A stretch of DNA of 64,000 bases from an uncultured Litoreibacter sp. (GCA_947492995.1 CANLOU010000007.1:6900-70899), one strand, 5' to 3'; shown: positions 45,292 to 54,702, counted from the first letter of the stretch. Notes: generated by a model not told the origin, from the letters alone. Program-made: numbers and translations.

Positions 45292-46686
45292 TCAAAAGAT
45301 CTCCAGATCGCGGTCGACCATGACGGTGACACGCGCGCCTTGGTCGACGTCGATGACGGGACCGATAGAGAGATAGTCGCTGATCACGCTGTCAGTCGCA
45401 TCGGCCAGATCATCGCCAACATCCTCAAGAACACCTGCTGTGGCTTCGTCTTCTACAGAGGCTGCCGCCGCACTCGGGGCCGCCGAGATGAGCGAAATCA
45501 GAGCTGTGGAGCCAAACCTTTCTGCAAAGCGCGTATCGACAAACCCTGTCACGCCGGAGCGCCCCAACTCATCCCCACCAAAGGAACTGATCTGGATGGC
45601 TTGATGGTCCGGTAGGATGATCCGGTCCCAGGCAATGGTGACGCGCTGCTGTGCAATATCTAGCCCCGAGCGATAGCGCCCGATCAGGCGCGACCCGCGT
45701 GGGATGAGAAGGCGCGATCCGTCAAAGCTGAAGACGTCTTCTGAGACAACGGCGCGGACCTGGCCGGGGAGGGAGCTGTCGAGTGCGGTTTCCATGACAG
45801 CCTGTATCATCGTGCCTTGAATGATGGTGTTGGATGGGTTGGCGATGACTTCGGCTTGGGTGACGGAGGTCGGCAACGCGCCGTTCAGGACAAAATCTGT
45901 CACTTCGCCGAATGTGCGCTCTGCAAGCGGTGTTTCATTCGCCCCGGACGTTCCGCCAAATGCAATCGTAGGGGAGGTAACGCGGCGCTCCTGAAACGCA
46001 CGTTCTTCTGCTGCGCGTCGCTCAAGATCAGCCATGCGGCGTGCCTCCTCTTCGCGGCGCAACCGTTCTGCCTCTCTCGCAAGGAGGTCTTCTTCGGACG
46101 GTCCGATAGGAACCGGCGCAGGCACTGGCCGATTGGCCTCCAGTTGGGCCAGCTCTAGGTCCATACGGATTTGTTCCAGTTCGCGATCACGCGCCGCCAG
46201 TTCGTCCTGAAACAGCTGTTGGGCTGTTTCGGACGCAGTTTGCAAGGCCGCGATCTGAGCTGTCAGCCCATCAATGGCGTCTGCGGCTGCCGTATCTTCT
46301 TCGACTACAGGTTCTGGCGCGTTGCGCAATTCCTCGATCTGGGCCTGAAGAGCAGCCAATTGCGCGAGAAGCTCTGCGTTGGGCTCAGAAGGTGCGGCCG
46401 GCGCTACGACAATCTGGGTTTCCGGGGCAGGGGGCGGAGGTATGGCTTCGATCGCACCAAAGCCGTCACCCTCATTTTGAAACACATCAGGTGTGGCTGT
46501 TGGCAGAGCCGTTTCCTCAACTGGTCCGGAAACCATGTAGAGAACGGCGCCACCTGCACCAACGAGTGCGACGACAATGAGGGCCAGAAGAGGCGAGCGT
46601 CTAGCCTTAAGTGAATCTCCGCGATTTCCGCCCTTTTCTAGTGCGGCGAGGCGTTTTTCGAGCTCTGCGTCCCCTGTATCGCTCAT
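45292..46686 (-). CDS. virB10: VirB10/TrbI family protein
   Basis: The ATG at 46686 overlaps the virB9 stop (ATGA). TM helix, Pro/Ala-rich linker, coiled coil, and a conserved C-terminal TrbI domain. Confidence 0.9.
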   Translation of the reverse strand: MSDTGDAELEKRLAALEKGGNRGDSLKARRSPLLALIVVALVGAGGAVLYMVSGPVEETALPTATPDVFQNEGDGFGAIEAIPPPPAPETQIVVAPAAPSEPNAELLAQLAALQAQIEELRNAPEPVVEEDTAAADAIDGLTAQIAALQTASETAQQLFQDELAARDRELEQIRMDLELAQLEANRPVPAPVPIGPSEEDLLAREAERLRREEEARRMADLERRAAEERAFQERRVTSPTIAFGGTSGANETPLAERTFGEVTDFVLNGALPTSVTQAEVIANPSNTIIQGTMIQAVMETALDSSLPGQVRAVVSEDVFSFDGSRLLIPRGSRLIGRYRSGLDIAQQRVTIAWDRIILPDHQAIQISSFGGDELGRSGVTGFVDTRFAERFGSTALISLISAAPSAAAASVEDEATAGVLEDVGDDLADATDSVISDYLSIGPVIDVDQGARVTVMVDRDLEIF

Positions 46687-47480
46687 GATGATGCCCCCGC
46701 CGGCGGTGTCGCCTGAATGCAAACCACTTCATCCCCAAGACGCAGCACCCACTGCGTGTTCACGCCTGAGACGCGGATCACACCATCCTCGATGGCCTGC
46801 GTGTTTACCGTGCGCTCGCGGCCGCTGGAATATCGGAAGATGGCTGGCACCGGCGCATTTCGGGCAAACGCGAAATACGTAAACGTCCCATCATCCCAAA
46901 CCCGCGTCGGTGTGAACTCGGTTTGTGTGCTGGCCCCATAATTATAGTTGGGCGCTTGTTGGGCAATGGCACGGATTGGCCTCGCGTCATCATCCGGATA
47001 GCGAAACTGGACCACATAGAAGGTGGGGCTTTGGGTCTCTTGCACGTTGAAGTAATAGCTGCGCCGATTGGTATAGACGGTCACGTTGGTATGGACGCCG
47101 CGCGCAACTGGCTTAATTGCAAAGGCTTGCCCGCCGGGAACACCATCGATCTCAAAGCCTTCTGTGTCACCTGCGATGATGGAGCGGATGCTTTCACCTT
47201 CATCGAACTCCACCGTTGTCACATGTGTAAGGGAGACGTTGAGGCGATAGACCTCGGCCTCTTGATAGGTTGCGAACCGGACGCGGCTGTCATTGGGTCC
47301 GCCGCGTGGGATGGCTTCAGCAATGGCCAAACCCGGCATCACGGCAAGCATGAGAATACTGAATAACTTTGTAAGCAAACATGCGTTTTCGGAATGAGTT
47401 GTGTCGCCAATACCCTGCCGCGCTGCGCGCTCTCGGGACATTGGCGACAAGGTATTTTGAGATGAATTCCAGAAACGCAT
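46683..47480 (-). CDS. virB9: VirB9 family protein
   Basis: The ATG at 47480 overlaps the virB8 stop (TAATG). Signal peptide, then RFATYQEAEVYRLNVSLTHVTTVEF (VirB9/CagX N-domain pattern). Confidence 0.85.
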   Translation of the reverse strand: MRFWNSSQNTLSPMSRERAARQGIGDTTHSENACLLTKLFSILMLAVMPGLAIAEAIPRGGPNDSRVRFATYQEAEVYRLNVSLTHVTTVEFDEGESIRSIIAGDTEGFEIDGVPGGQAFAIKPVARGVHTNVTVYTNRRSYYFNVQETQSPTFYVVQFRYPDDDARPIRAIAQQAPNYNYGASTQTEFTPTRVWDDGTFTYFAFARNAPVPAIFRYSSGRERTVNTQAIEDGVIRVSGVNTQWVLRLGDEVVCIQATPPAGASS

Positions 47481-48133
47481 TAGTTCTCCAATCTGTCGGA
47501 GCGGATGGAATATTCCAGCACGGTGAAGCCAAAGGGATTGGACCAAACCTGATCGATGGATCGGCTGGTCTCGGGACGGAATTCAAAAAGGAGGGTGGCT
47601 GTAAAGAGCCCAGTCTGCACACCGTTGATCGAGTTCAGGCGTTTGCGCAGGCGGACCGTTGCGCGATTGATGCCGATCCGATTGATGCTGAGGACTTCGA
47701 CCTCCAAGCGTCCACTCGTGCCGTAAAGCGTTGGTGGGTAGTCCGCATTGGCACTGTTCCAGATTTGGCGCAAGGAGGCTTCGGCCGCGCCGTCTGATCG
47801 GCGCAAAACGCTGCGGACCCGAACATCATTGTCGAGTTGGTTGTAGACCTCGCGGTCACTAATATAACGGAAGACTTCCGCCTCAATGATCGCCTGGTTT
47901 TCCGTGACGGTCGTTGCCCCAACAGAGGCCTCCGGCAGGGCAAAGCCGGTCGCGGGATCATAAGGTACCACGACAGGCGGCGGATCGACATCGAGGATTG
48001 CGACGGCGGCAGCACTCAGACACCCGAGAATGCCAAAGATAAGGCCAATCAAGCCAAGCCGCTGCCAAAGACGTTCGCGCCGCAGCGCACCGTACACCAG
48101 CTCTTCTTCAATAATTTCTTGTTCACTCGCCAC
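47480..48133 (-). CDS. virB8: VirB8 family protein
   Basis: 217 aa with an N-terminal TM helix (LGLIGLIFGILGCLSAAAVAIL) and a periplasmic domain. Positioned before virB9. Confidence 0.8.
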   Translation of the reverse strand: MASEQEIIEEELVYGALRRERLWQRLGLIGLIFGILGCLSAAAVAILDVDPPPVVVPYDPATGFALPEASVGATTVTENQAIIEAEVFRYISDREVYNQLDNDVRVRSVLRRSDGAAEASLRQIWNSANADYPPTLYGTSGRLEVEVLSINRIGINRATVRLRKRLNSINGVQTGLFTATLLFEFRPETSRSIDQVWSNPFGFTVLEYSIRSDRLEN

Positions 48134-48143
48134 GCATCACACC

Positions 48144-48959
48144 TCAATTTGCACTGAGATCAGGCAAGGTAAAATCCATGAACCGCTGCTCTTCGGCGAT
48201 GGTTGCTGCATCGATCACCCCACCGGTGCCGTCACCGACGGTTTGAATAGCTTCAAGCTGCCACATGGCAACAAGCGCAATCGCAAGTTCTGCCGTCACA
48301 CGCGTGTTGAGATCGACGCTTTCCTTCAACTCATCCATGTCATCGATCAGGCCAACGAGCCGATCCACGCGTTCGAGAGATTGTCCCGCATCGCCGTAGC
48401 TGTTTTGCGCTGCGGCTGAGACCAGCGCGCCAGTTGTGGCTTGGGTCGCAATCCGGTTGGCGCTCGCGTTCCCGCTACTGGCCATTTCCGAGAGCGTATC
48501 GTCGTCAAACCCAAGATCGGCCAAAACGCGGTCCATCTGGGTTTCGATCTCGCCTGCGCCCGACCCGGACAGACCAGAAAAGTCCCCATTCTTGATGGCT
48601 TCGATGGTCGCGATGATGTCACCGAACTCTTGATCGAGGAGGCCGTTGAGCTCGTCCTCCATCTGCGTGCGGATGATTTCTGGCAACTCGGCGAGACGGG
48701 TGAGGGCCTCATAAGTGCGCTGCAGCTCTGCAAGTTGGTCCGTGAGTGTGGCAAGCTGTTCGCGCAACTGGGTCAGCTGTTCGTTTTGCAGAATTTCGTC
48801 TTCGATCATCTGCCGGAGCTGCTGGATGTTCTGGGCAATGTTTTGGGTGTCGACGACGGGCACGCCTTGGGCGAGGGCAGGGGCGGGGTGCGCGAAGTGG
48901 AGCCCTGCGACTAATGCGCCAACCAATGCAGTCTTTAGTGCCCAATTTGATTTTAGCAT
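48144..48959 (-). CDS. VirB5/TrbJ-like protein
   Basis: Signal peptide, then AQGVPVVDTQNIAQNIQQLRQMIEDE (TrbJ/VirB5-type N-terminus) and coiled coils. Confidence 0.65.
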   Translation of the reverse strand: MLKSNWALKTALVGALVAGLHFAHPAPALAQGVPVVDTQNIAQNIQQLRQMIEDEILQNEQLTQLREQLATLTDQLAELQRTYEALTRLAELPEIIRTQMEDELNGLLDQEFGDIIATIEAIKNGDFSGLSGSGAGEIETQMDRVLADLGFDDDTLSEMASSGNASANRIATQATTGALVSAAAQNSYGDAGQSLERVDRLVGLIDDMDELKESVDLNTRVTAELAIALVAMWQLEAIQTVGDGTGGVIDAATIAEEQRFMDFTLPDLSAN

Positions 48960-50113
48960 TAGTCCAGCTCCTCGATTGTGAAATCCATGAAATCCCCTTC
49001 GACCATCCGAGCGGAGGCTTGGGCCAGTTCTTCCGCACTCAAGACGCGGGTCCTTGTTGCTTGCAGCCGAATGCGAGCGGCGACGAGACGCACGAGTTCA
49101 GCCCGCGCATAGGTGTTGAGCGCAACACTTTCTTGCACGTCCTCGGTCGTAGATATCCGCTCAACGATATCGCGAATGCGCAGGGCGGCCTGGCGGATCG
49201 CAGCAGGGGAGTTGTTTCCGTAAAAAGCAGCGCCATGCCCTGTGATAGAGAGGTTGGCATTGGCCAATAGCGCTGGATCGATTGTTCCCAAGGCTTCGAT
49301 ACCGCCGATGCGGCTGAGATAGAGATTGTAGCGTTCAGGGATGACGGTGACGTAGTGCTGGGTTTCGCGAAACGGCGGCACGCCGCTGTATTCAAACACG
49401 CGGCCCGGTCCTGCATTGTAGGCGGCAAGCGCGTTGATGATGTTTCCATCGAAGGTGTTGAGTTGCGTGGCCAAATACCGCGCGCCGCCATGCACCTGAA
49501 GGTAGGGGCTATCGTAGTATTCCGGATTGATACCTAGATCGCTCGCGGTGCCCGGCATGATTTGGGTCAGGCCAAATGCGCCAACGGGAGACCGCGCACC
49601 AATTGTAAACCGACTTTCTTGCCAAATCAGAGCCTGTAGAAGGGCGCGCCATTGGACCACAGATAGTCCGGCGCGCCCGACACCCGCAAAGCCGCTGGTT
49701 TCTTGCGCGACGCGGATAATGAGTTGTTCGATATTCTGGGCCGCGTCGCCAAACATCTGCGTCCCCGCGGGATTGGGATCAACCGCGCCTGAGCCATATA
49801 CGGCCTCCACCGACCGGGCAGGATCGCCGCTGCCAGAATCCAAACTTGACACCATGGCGGGTAGGCCTTGGCCTCCAAAGCTGGTTTGGGCGTCGAGAAT
49901 ACGCGTCAGCGTTTCCAGTTGCTGGCGTTCGATTTCGGCAATGAGTTCGCGCACGGATAGCTTGTCGGCTTGTGTGGCCAGATCAACTTCACGATCACCG
50001 GTTTCCACGATGTCGCGTGCGGTCAGACCGCTATCGACCGTTGGCACGCCTTGAGCCAAGGCGAGACCGGGCAGCAAAGACACGCAGAGGATATAAGCGA
50101 GCTTAGACAGCAA
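48959..50113 (-). CDS. VirB5-like paralog with an embedded lytic transglycosylase (SLT) domain
   Basis: TTG at 50113 or GTG at 50119 follows GGAGG. Signal peptide, then AQGVPTVDSGLTARDIV (VirB5-like). Central SLT motifs are WQESRF...GLTQIMPGTA...AAYNAGPGRV. The C-terminus ends ...FMDFTIEELD, like its neighbour's ...FMDFTLPDLSAN. Confidence 0.7.
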   Translation of the reverse strand: MLSKLAYILCVSLLPGLALAQGVPTVDSGLTARDIVETGDREVDLATQADKLSVRELIAEIERQQLETLTRILDAQTSFGGQGLPAMVSSLDSGSGDPARSVEAVYGSGAVDPNPAGTQMFGDAAQNIEQLIIRVAQETSGFAGVGRAGLSVVQWRALLQALIWQESRFTIGARSPVGAFGLTQIMPGTASDLGINPEYYDSPYLQVHGGARYLATQLNTFDGNIINALAAYNAGPGRVFEYSGVPPFRETQHYVTVIPERYNLYLSRIGGIEALGTIDPALLANANLSITGHGAAFYGNNSPAAIRQAALRIRDIVERISTTEDVQESVALNTYARAELVRLVAARIRLQATRTRVLSAEELAQASARMVEGDFMDFTIEELD

Positions 50114-50270
50114 TGTCACCCTCCAGAGTGCCAAGAGGCGTGAAGGTGCAATCGGGATCAACCGGCGCAACTGCCGCAAGGAACGTAAAGCAATTGGCCT
50201 GCGGCTCTTGGTATTGTGCGCAGGAGGCAAGCATGCCGAGCGCGGCAATGAGGATCAGTGGTCGTGTCAT
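50103..50270 (-). CDS. Small lipoprotein (VirB7-like or entry-exclusion candidate), not in the ORF track
   Basis: The ATG at 50270 overlaps the virB4 stop (ATGA). The 55-aa product is MTRPLILIAALGMLASCAQYQEPQANCFTFLAAVAPVDPDCTFTPLGTLEGDIAV, with the lipobox LASC. The TAA at 50105-50103 overlaps the next gene's start. Confidence 0.55.
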   Translation of the reverse strand: MTRPLILIAALGMLASCAQYQEPQANCFTFLAAVAPVDPDCTFTPLGTLEGDIAV

Positions 50271-52630
50271 GTCAGTCTCCAGAAATCAGGTCGGTCGCGA
50301 TAATCAGCGCCAACAAGCGCTTCACCCTTCTCCATGCCGCCGAGGATGGTGAGATTGTGGCCAAGTGCGCTGAGATCGGCGTCAACGACGATCGATCCTT
50401 GGTCGTCGCGAATAAGCGCAAGCCGCGAATTGCTGCCCGTGTTCAAGAGCACGTCGAGTTCTTTCTCGAAGAGGTTCAGCATGGCGTAGTCAGACGCATA
50501 GGCGCGGATATTGGGCAGCAGGATTTGCGTCGGGACCGCTTCGACAATGGTTTTCCCGGTGCGTGTGCGTTCGAGCTGGCTGGCATATTGCGTCATCATC
50601 ACAGCAACGGTGTTTTGCTTTCGCGCGGTCACCAGCCAGTTTGACAGACGTTCGGCAAAATAAGCGTTGTCCAGCGCCTTCCAGGCTTCATCAATGACGA
50701 TGATTGTGGGGCGGCGGTCTTCGATTTCACGTTCAACGCGGCGGAACAGGTAGCTCAGGACAGCCATGCGTTCTTTCTCGGACTCAGAATCCAGAATACC
50801 CGTTAGATCAAACCCGATCACATCGCCTTCGAGAGAAAACGTGTCTTCCAAGGACTGACCAAATATCCAACCGTAGCGACCATCGCTGGTCCACTCGAGC
50901 AGTCGCTGGTGCAAATCGCCGCCATCATCGGTGGAGACAAAGAGCGAGGCGAAGTCTTTCCAATTACGCAAAGCTGGATCCGTTGCGTTCGCGTTCTGGC
51001 GCACGACCTCTTGGATGCGATTGGTTTGAATGGGCGTCAGCGGTTTGTCCGCGCGGTAGAGCAGGGTGGCCAGCCAGTCCGAGAGCCAAGCCGTGCCGCG
51101 ATCGTCCACCTCGGTCCAAAGCGGGTTGAGGCCGGTGGCTTGTCCAGCCTTCAATGCTGCATAGTTGCCCCCATTGGCGCGGACCGCCATCTCCATCCCA
51201 AGGCGGTAATCAAAGACGAAGATCCGCGCGCCCGCTCGACGGGCTTGGGTCATGAGGAAGGCAGAAAGGACGGATTTACCAGATCCAGGCCGTCCCATAA
51301 TTAAGGTATGTCCGCTGGTCGGCTCTTTGTCTGGGCTGCCTTGCTCGTGATAAGAGAACCGATAGGCACTTTGCTCAGGCGTCGGCAGCATGGTAATCAC
51401 CTTGCCCCATGGCACGTCATCGCCCTTCTTGCCGAGTTGCGTGCGATGAAACGCTGCAAAATCTGCAAAGTTGCGGTTTGTGATCGCACTGGCGCGCACG
51501 CGCTTGGGCTGATTGCCGGGATGTTGGCTGAGGTAATGTGCTTTCGCTGCGACCCGCTCGCCGATCATCTTCACGCCTTCGGCAGCGGCAGCGTTGACGA
51601 TTTCCGCGCTCAGCGTCTGCAGCTCATCCAGCGTGTCGCAGAAGATCGTCACGACCATGTGGTGCTCGCCAAAGCTTTGGCGTTTGGCTTCAAGATCATC
51701 GGCGGCGATATCCAGCGCTTCCATCAGCGACAAGGCAGCGTCCTGTGACGCCTGCATCTGTCGTTTCTGGCGCTTGATCCGTCCGGCCATGAGGTTGGAA
51801 TTGATTGGTGTGAACGAATGGGTGACGATCATGTCGACCGGTAGGTTGAGCATGTCGAACATCGTGCAAGATGTGGCCTCGGAATACTCGCCGATGGTGA
51901 AGCTTTTGCCGTAGCGATGACCAACGACGCCTTCTGACAGCTCAAAATGATCCTCTAGGAATGTCACGCGGGTGTTGGCGACATTAAACGACAGAAAACC
52001 GTAGGTATTGGCAGGAAAAAGCGGCAGCTCCTGGCCGGTATTGAGCGCCCCGAGGAACCCAACCAACTCGCCAGACTTCGCAGGCAACACACGCGGTTTG
52101 AGATCGGCCAGCCCCGAGGCAAAGACATTCACGGCCTCATTCAGCCGGCGAAGGCGTTTTTGAGTTTCTTCTTTGAGGCGCTCTGGTGCGCTGCGATTGA
52201 GAAAAGGAAGAAAACTCTTGGACGGCGGACGGTGCATGACTGTGAGAGTCAGTGTTTTGTCGCGCAGCCCGCTAGTCGCCAGCTTCTCGCGCCACTGGCG
52301 ATCCACTTCGCCTGCAAAGCTCTCGTCGCGCACTGGTTCAAGCTCCGGCGCAATCGCTTTTGAGACCTTATGTACATAGTAGCTGAATTCTGGACCTAGC
52401 TGGGCGACGATACGGGCAAAGAGGGACGTGACCTTGTCGAGGTAGGCATCATCAGTTGTATAACTGTTGACCCCATCCAAGCGGATGCATTGGAATAATT
52501 CGTTTACCCGCGTGCGCACCGTTTGATCATCGACCAAACTGACATAAGGCAACATATGCGCGAGGCGCGTTTCCCGGGCGTACCAGTCTGGCGTCAAGGT
52601 GCGGGTATCGAGTGTTTCATCACGGGGCAT
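50267..52630 (-). CDS. virB4: VirB4 family T4SS ATPase
   Basis: About 787 aa. Walker A GRPGSGKSVLSAF, Walker B TIIVIDEAWKAL. Start at ATG 52630 (after GGGGA) or 52645; either overlaps the virB3 end. Confidence 0.95.
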   Translation of the reverse strand: MPRDETLDTRTLTPDWYARETRLAHMLPYVSLVDDQTVRTRVNELFQCIRLDGVNSYTTDDAYLDKVTSLFARIVAQLGPEFSYYVHKVSKAIAPELEPVRDESFAGEVDRQWREKLATSGLRDKTLTLTVMHRPPSKSFLPFLNRSAPERLKEETQKRLRRLNEAVNVFASGLADLKPRVLPAKSGELVGFLGALNTGQELPLFPANTYGFLSFNVANTRVTFLEDHFELSEGVVGHRYGKSFTIGEYSEATSCTMFDMLNLPVDMIVTHSFTPINSNLMAGRIKRQKRQMQASQDAALSLMEALDIAADDLEAKRQSFGEHHMVVTIFCDTLDELQTLSAEIVNAAAAEGVKMIGERVAAKAHYLSQHPGNQPKRVRASAITNRNFADFAAFHRTQLGKKGDDVPWGKVITMLPTPEQSAYRFSYHEQGSPDKEPTSGHTLIMGRPGSGKSVLSAFLMTQARRAGARIFVFDYRLGMEMAVRANGGNYAALKAGQATGLNPLWTEVDDRGTAWLSDWLATLLYRADKPLTPIQTNRIQEVVRQNANATDPALRNWKDFASLFVSTDDGGDLHQRLLEWTSDGRYGWIFGQSLEDTFSLEGDVIGFDLTGILDSESEKERMAVLSYLFRRVEREIEDRRPTIIVIDEAWKALDNAYFAERLSNWLVTARKQNTVAVMMTQYASQLERTRTGKTIVEAVPTQILLPNIRAYASDYAMLNLFEKELDVLLNTGSNSRLALIRDDQGSIVVDADLSALGHNLTILGGMEKGEALVGADYRDRPDFWRLT

Positions 52631-52898
52631 AGCTGTCCCCACCATGAACTTGCCGGTTTCGGGTGGGCGGTGTTTCCTGCAGCGCCTTCATCATCACGTC
52701 AATGAATCGCGGATCCCAATCGGCTGCTTTCCACAAGACGGGATAGAGCACGATCGCAACCCCAAGGATCACGATGTGCTGGACCCAGACGAACAGCAGC
52801 ACCGAGCCAAAGAGCCAGACCATGGCGTACATGATGGGCAGGCCCAGTAGCTTCGGCGGGCGCACAAGGCCGAGGAAGAGTGGCGCGCGTTCAGCCAC
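52620..52898 (-). CDS. virB3: VirB3 family protein
   Basis: The GTG at 52898 overlaps the virB2 stop (GTGGCTGA). The product VAERAPLFLGLVRPPKLLGLP plus two TM helices is typical of VirB3. Confidence 0.8.
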   Translation of the reverse strand: MAERAPLFLGLVRPPKLLGLPIMYAMVWLFGSVLLFVWVQHIVILGVAIVLYPVLWKAADWDPRFIDVMMKALQETPPTRNRQVHGGDSYAP

Positions 52899-53184
52899 CG
52901 GCAAAAACCGCGGCGACGATTGTGGGGGCAGCCGCAACACCGGCGATGCCGACGAGGACCCAGAGTGCCTGGCGCAGATCGATGATGTTGAAGAACCAGC
53001 TGAGAAAGACGCCTAAGACAGCCAGCGTGGCGATCACGACACCAAGCGGTCCGGTCAGCGCATCGACGATGCCCTGTAGCAAACTTTGGATCGGGGAGAG
53101 ATCGATGCTTTGCGCAAGCGCAGGGTCGGCAATCAGCAAGAACAGCGCCAATGATGCCGCAAATATGGATGTCAGATGTCTCAT
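52891..53184 (-). CDS. virB2: VirB2/TrbC family pilin
   Basis: 97 aa with a long signal peptide ending ALA-QS, followed by two hydrophobic helices. Confidence 0.8.
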   Translation of the reverse strand: MRHLTSIFAASLALFLLIADPALAQSIDLSPIQSLLQGIVDALTGPLGVVIATLAVLGVFLSWFFNIIDLRQALWVLVGIAGVAAAPTIVAAVFAGG

Positions 53185-53915
53185 GGGTTTGTTCCTTTCA
53201 GTCGAGCGGCCACCGCCATGACGCGGGCCACATGATTTTGGGTTTCTCGGTAAGGGGGGATTCCGCCATATTGGCGCACGGCGTCGGGGCCGGCGTTGTA
53301 GGCAGCCAATGCAAGACGCGGATCGCCGAACAACTCCAGCATCATTGCAAGATAGCGGGCGGAACCATCGAGGTTCTGGAGGGGATCACGCGGATCGACA
53401 CCAAGATCGCGGGCGGTTGCCGGCATCAGCTGTCCAAGGCCAATGGCACCAGCGCTCGAAACGGCATTCTGGCGGTACGCGCTTTCAATTTCTATGTTGG
53501 CGCGGAAGAGTACGAGCCAGTCTGAAACCGAAAGTCCCGAGCTGCGCAAACCGGGATGGCTACCGTAACGTAGCGCTGTGGTCTCAATCGCCGTAAGAAC
53601 ATCCGGACGGGGCAGGGGAGCACGCGGCGCGATGGCCGCAATGCGGGTTTCTTCTGTTTCTGCGATATCATCAGGTGCGTCCAATATCGCGAGCGCATCG
53701 GCCGCCGTACCTTGACCCACACCGTCGTTGTAGTTCCGAGCAAAGCTGTTTTGGGATTGCGTGGCGGTCAGCGAGCCGTCGCTCTCCATGACCAGAACCA
53801 TTTGGGCTGCTGCGGGTGGAGCAAACAGCCAAAAGAAGAGAAGGCTAGTCGCTGCTGCCTTCGTTGCGGCTAGCGAGTTTGTGAGTTGTTCGCTGGCCTT
53901 CTTCGAGCGGAACAT
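53181..53915 (-). CDS. virB1: VirB1-like lytic transglycosylase
   Basis: The ATG at 53915 gives a signal peptide (ATSLLFFWLFAPPAAAQ). SLT motifs: IEIESAY, GLGQLMPATA, AAYNAGPDAV. Confidence 0.8.
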   Translation of the reverse strand: MFRSKKASEQLTNSLAATKAAATSLLFFWLFAPPAAAQMVLVMESDGSLTATQSQNSFARNYNDGVGQGTAADALAILDAPDDIAETEETRIAAIAPRAPLPRPDVLTAIETTALRYGSHPGLRSSGLSVSDWLVLFRANIEIESAYRQNAVSSAGAIGLGQLMPATARDLGVDPRDPLQNLDGSARYLAMMLELFGDPRLALAAYNAGPDAVRQYGGIPPYRETQNHVARVMAVAARLKGTNP

Positions 53916-54198
53916 CGGCGTGGGAGAAGCCAATGCCAACGAGGAACGAGACAACGCCCGTGATGGTTTTGAATTCGCGGATTTTGATATCGTTGTGAGT
54001 TGTGCGGGTCCGAGCCGTGACCAATAGCTTTTCCACGCCCTCGTCAGAGACGGCACGCATGATCCACACGCCGTAATAACTTGGACCTTTCTTGTGCGCA
54101 GTTTCCTGGCACAAGATCTCGGCGCTATAGCCGCTTTCCACGAGTTCGCGGAATCTAGCCTCAGTGACCACATTCGGTGCTTCTACTTCCCAGTTCAT
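53845..54198 (-). CDS. Hypothetical protein, first ORF of the virB operon
   Basis: ATG at 54198 (GTG at 54210 is also in frame). 117 aa starting MNWEVEAPNVVTEARFRELVESGY. Its 3' end overlaps the virB1 start by 71 nt, so the boundaries are uncertain. Confidence 0.45.
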   Translation of the reverse strand: MNWEVEAPNVVTEARFRELVESGYSAEILCQETAHKKGPSYYGVWIMRAVSDEGVEKLLVTARTRTTHNDIKIREFKTITGVVSFLVGIGFSHADVPLEEGQRTTHKLASRNEGSSD

Positions 54199-54261
54199 AA
54201 CTGCGATCACACTTCTCTATTCTCGAGACGTAGGATCGCACTGCCCACCATGGACATTACG

Positions 54262-54303
54262 AACATACGAAAGTATATTAACGAAACGCAAGGTATATTA
54301 TTG
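54262..54303 (-). promoter_or_regulatory. Candidate virB promoter/operator region
   Basis: Read on the minus strand, 54277-54262 is TATACTTTCGTATGTT, 15 of 16 identical to the mobC box at 26308-26323. GTATATTA lies at 54273-54280, and GTATATTATTG at 54293-54303 is identical to 26288-26298. Confidence 0.45.
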
Positions 54304-54387
54304 CGACTCTGATGTGGTATTTGCCCTCGGCCTGATCGGTACGAGGGCTTTGCCGTGCCGCGTCATATAAAGGATTCTTGGCAAAAG

Positions 54388-54669
54388 ATGAAGCTACTGC
54401 ATTTGGTCCCGCAGGTTATACTATTGAGTGCTGTGGTTGGGAGTTCAGCCAGCAGTGCAACCTGTCTCGCGCCAGAGCGGCCCTTTGTGCCGAGCGATCC
54501 GCAAGCTGCTCGAGAATACGCAGACCTCATCCAGAACGACTTCGAGATCTACATTCAGGATATACAGAGCTATTTCCGCTGCCTTGACGACGAACGGGCG
54601 CGCGCGTTTCAGGAAGCGCGGGAGGTCAGCGCAGAATATGGGCGGTTCTTGGGGACACTTGAACGTTAG
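54388..54669 (+). CDS. Secreted hypothetical protein
   Basis: ATG at 54388. Signal peptide MKLLHLVPQVILLSAVVGSSASSA, two Cys. Divergent from the virB operon. Confidence 0.5.
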   Translation: MKLLHLVPQVILLSAVVGSSASSATCLAPERPFVPSDPQAAREYADLIQNDFEIYIQDIQSYFRCLDDERARAFQEAREVSAEYGRFLGTLER

Positions 54670-54702
54670 CCTAGCCCGACAACCAGTCTAAATGCTGGGC
54701 AA

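Larger units (their letters stand above)
42602..54198 (-). mobile_element. virB-type type IV secretion (Mpf) gene cluster
   Basis: Contiguous, mostly overlapping minus-strand genes for VirB1, B2, B3, B4, a lipoprotein, two VirB5-like proteins, B8, B9, B10, B11, DUF4177, a secreted protein and B6. Confidence 0.9.
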
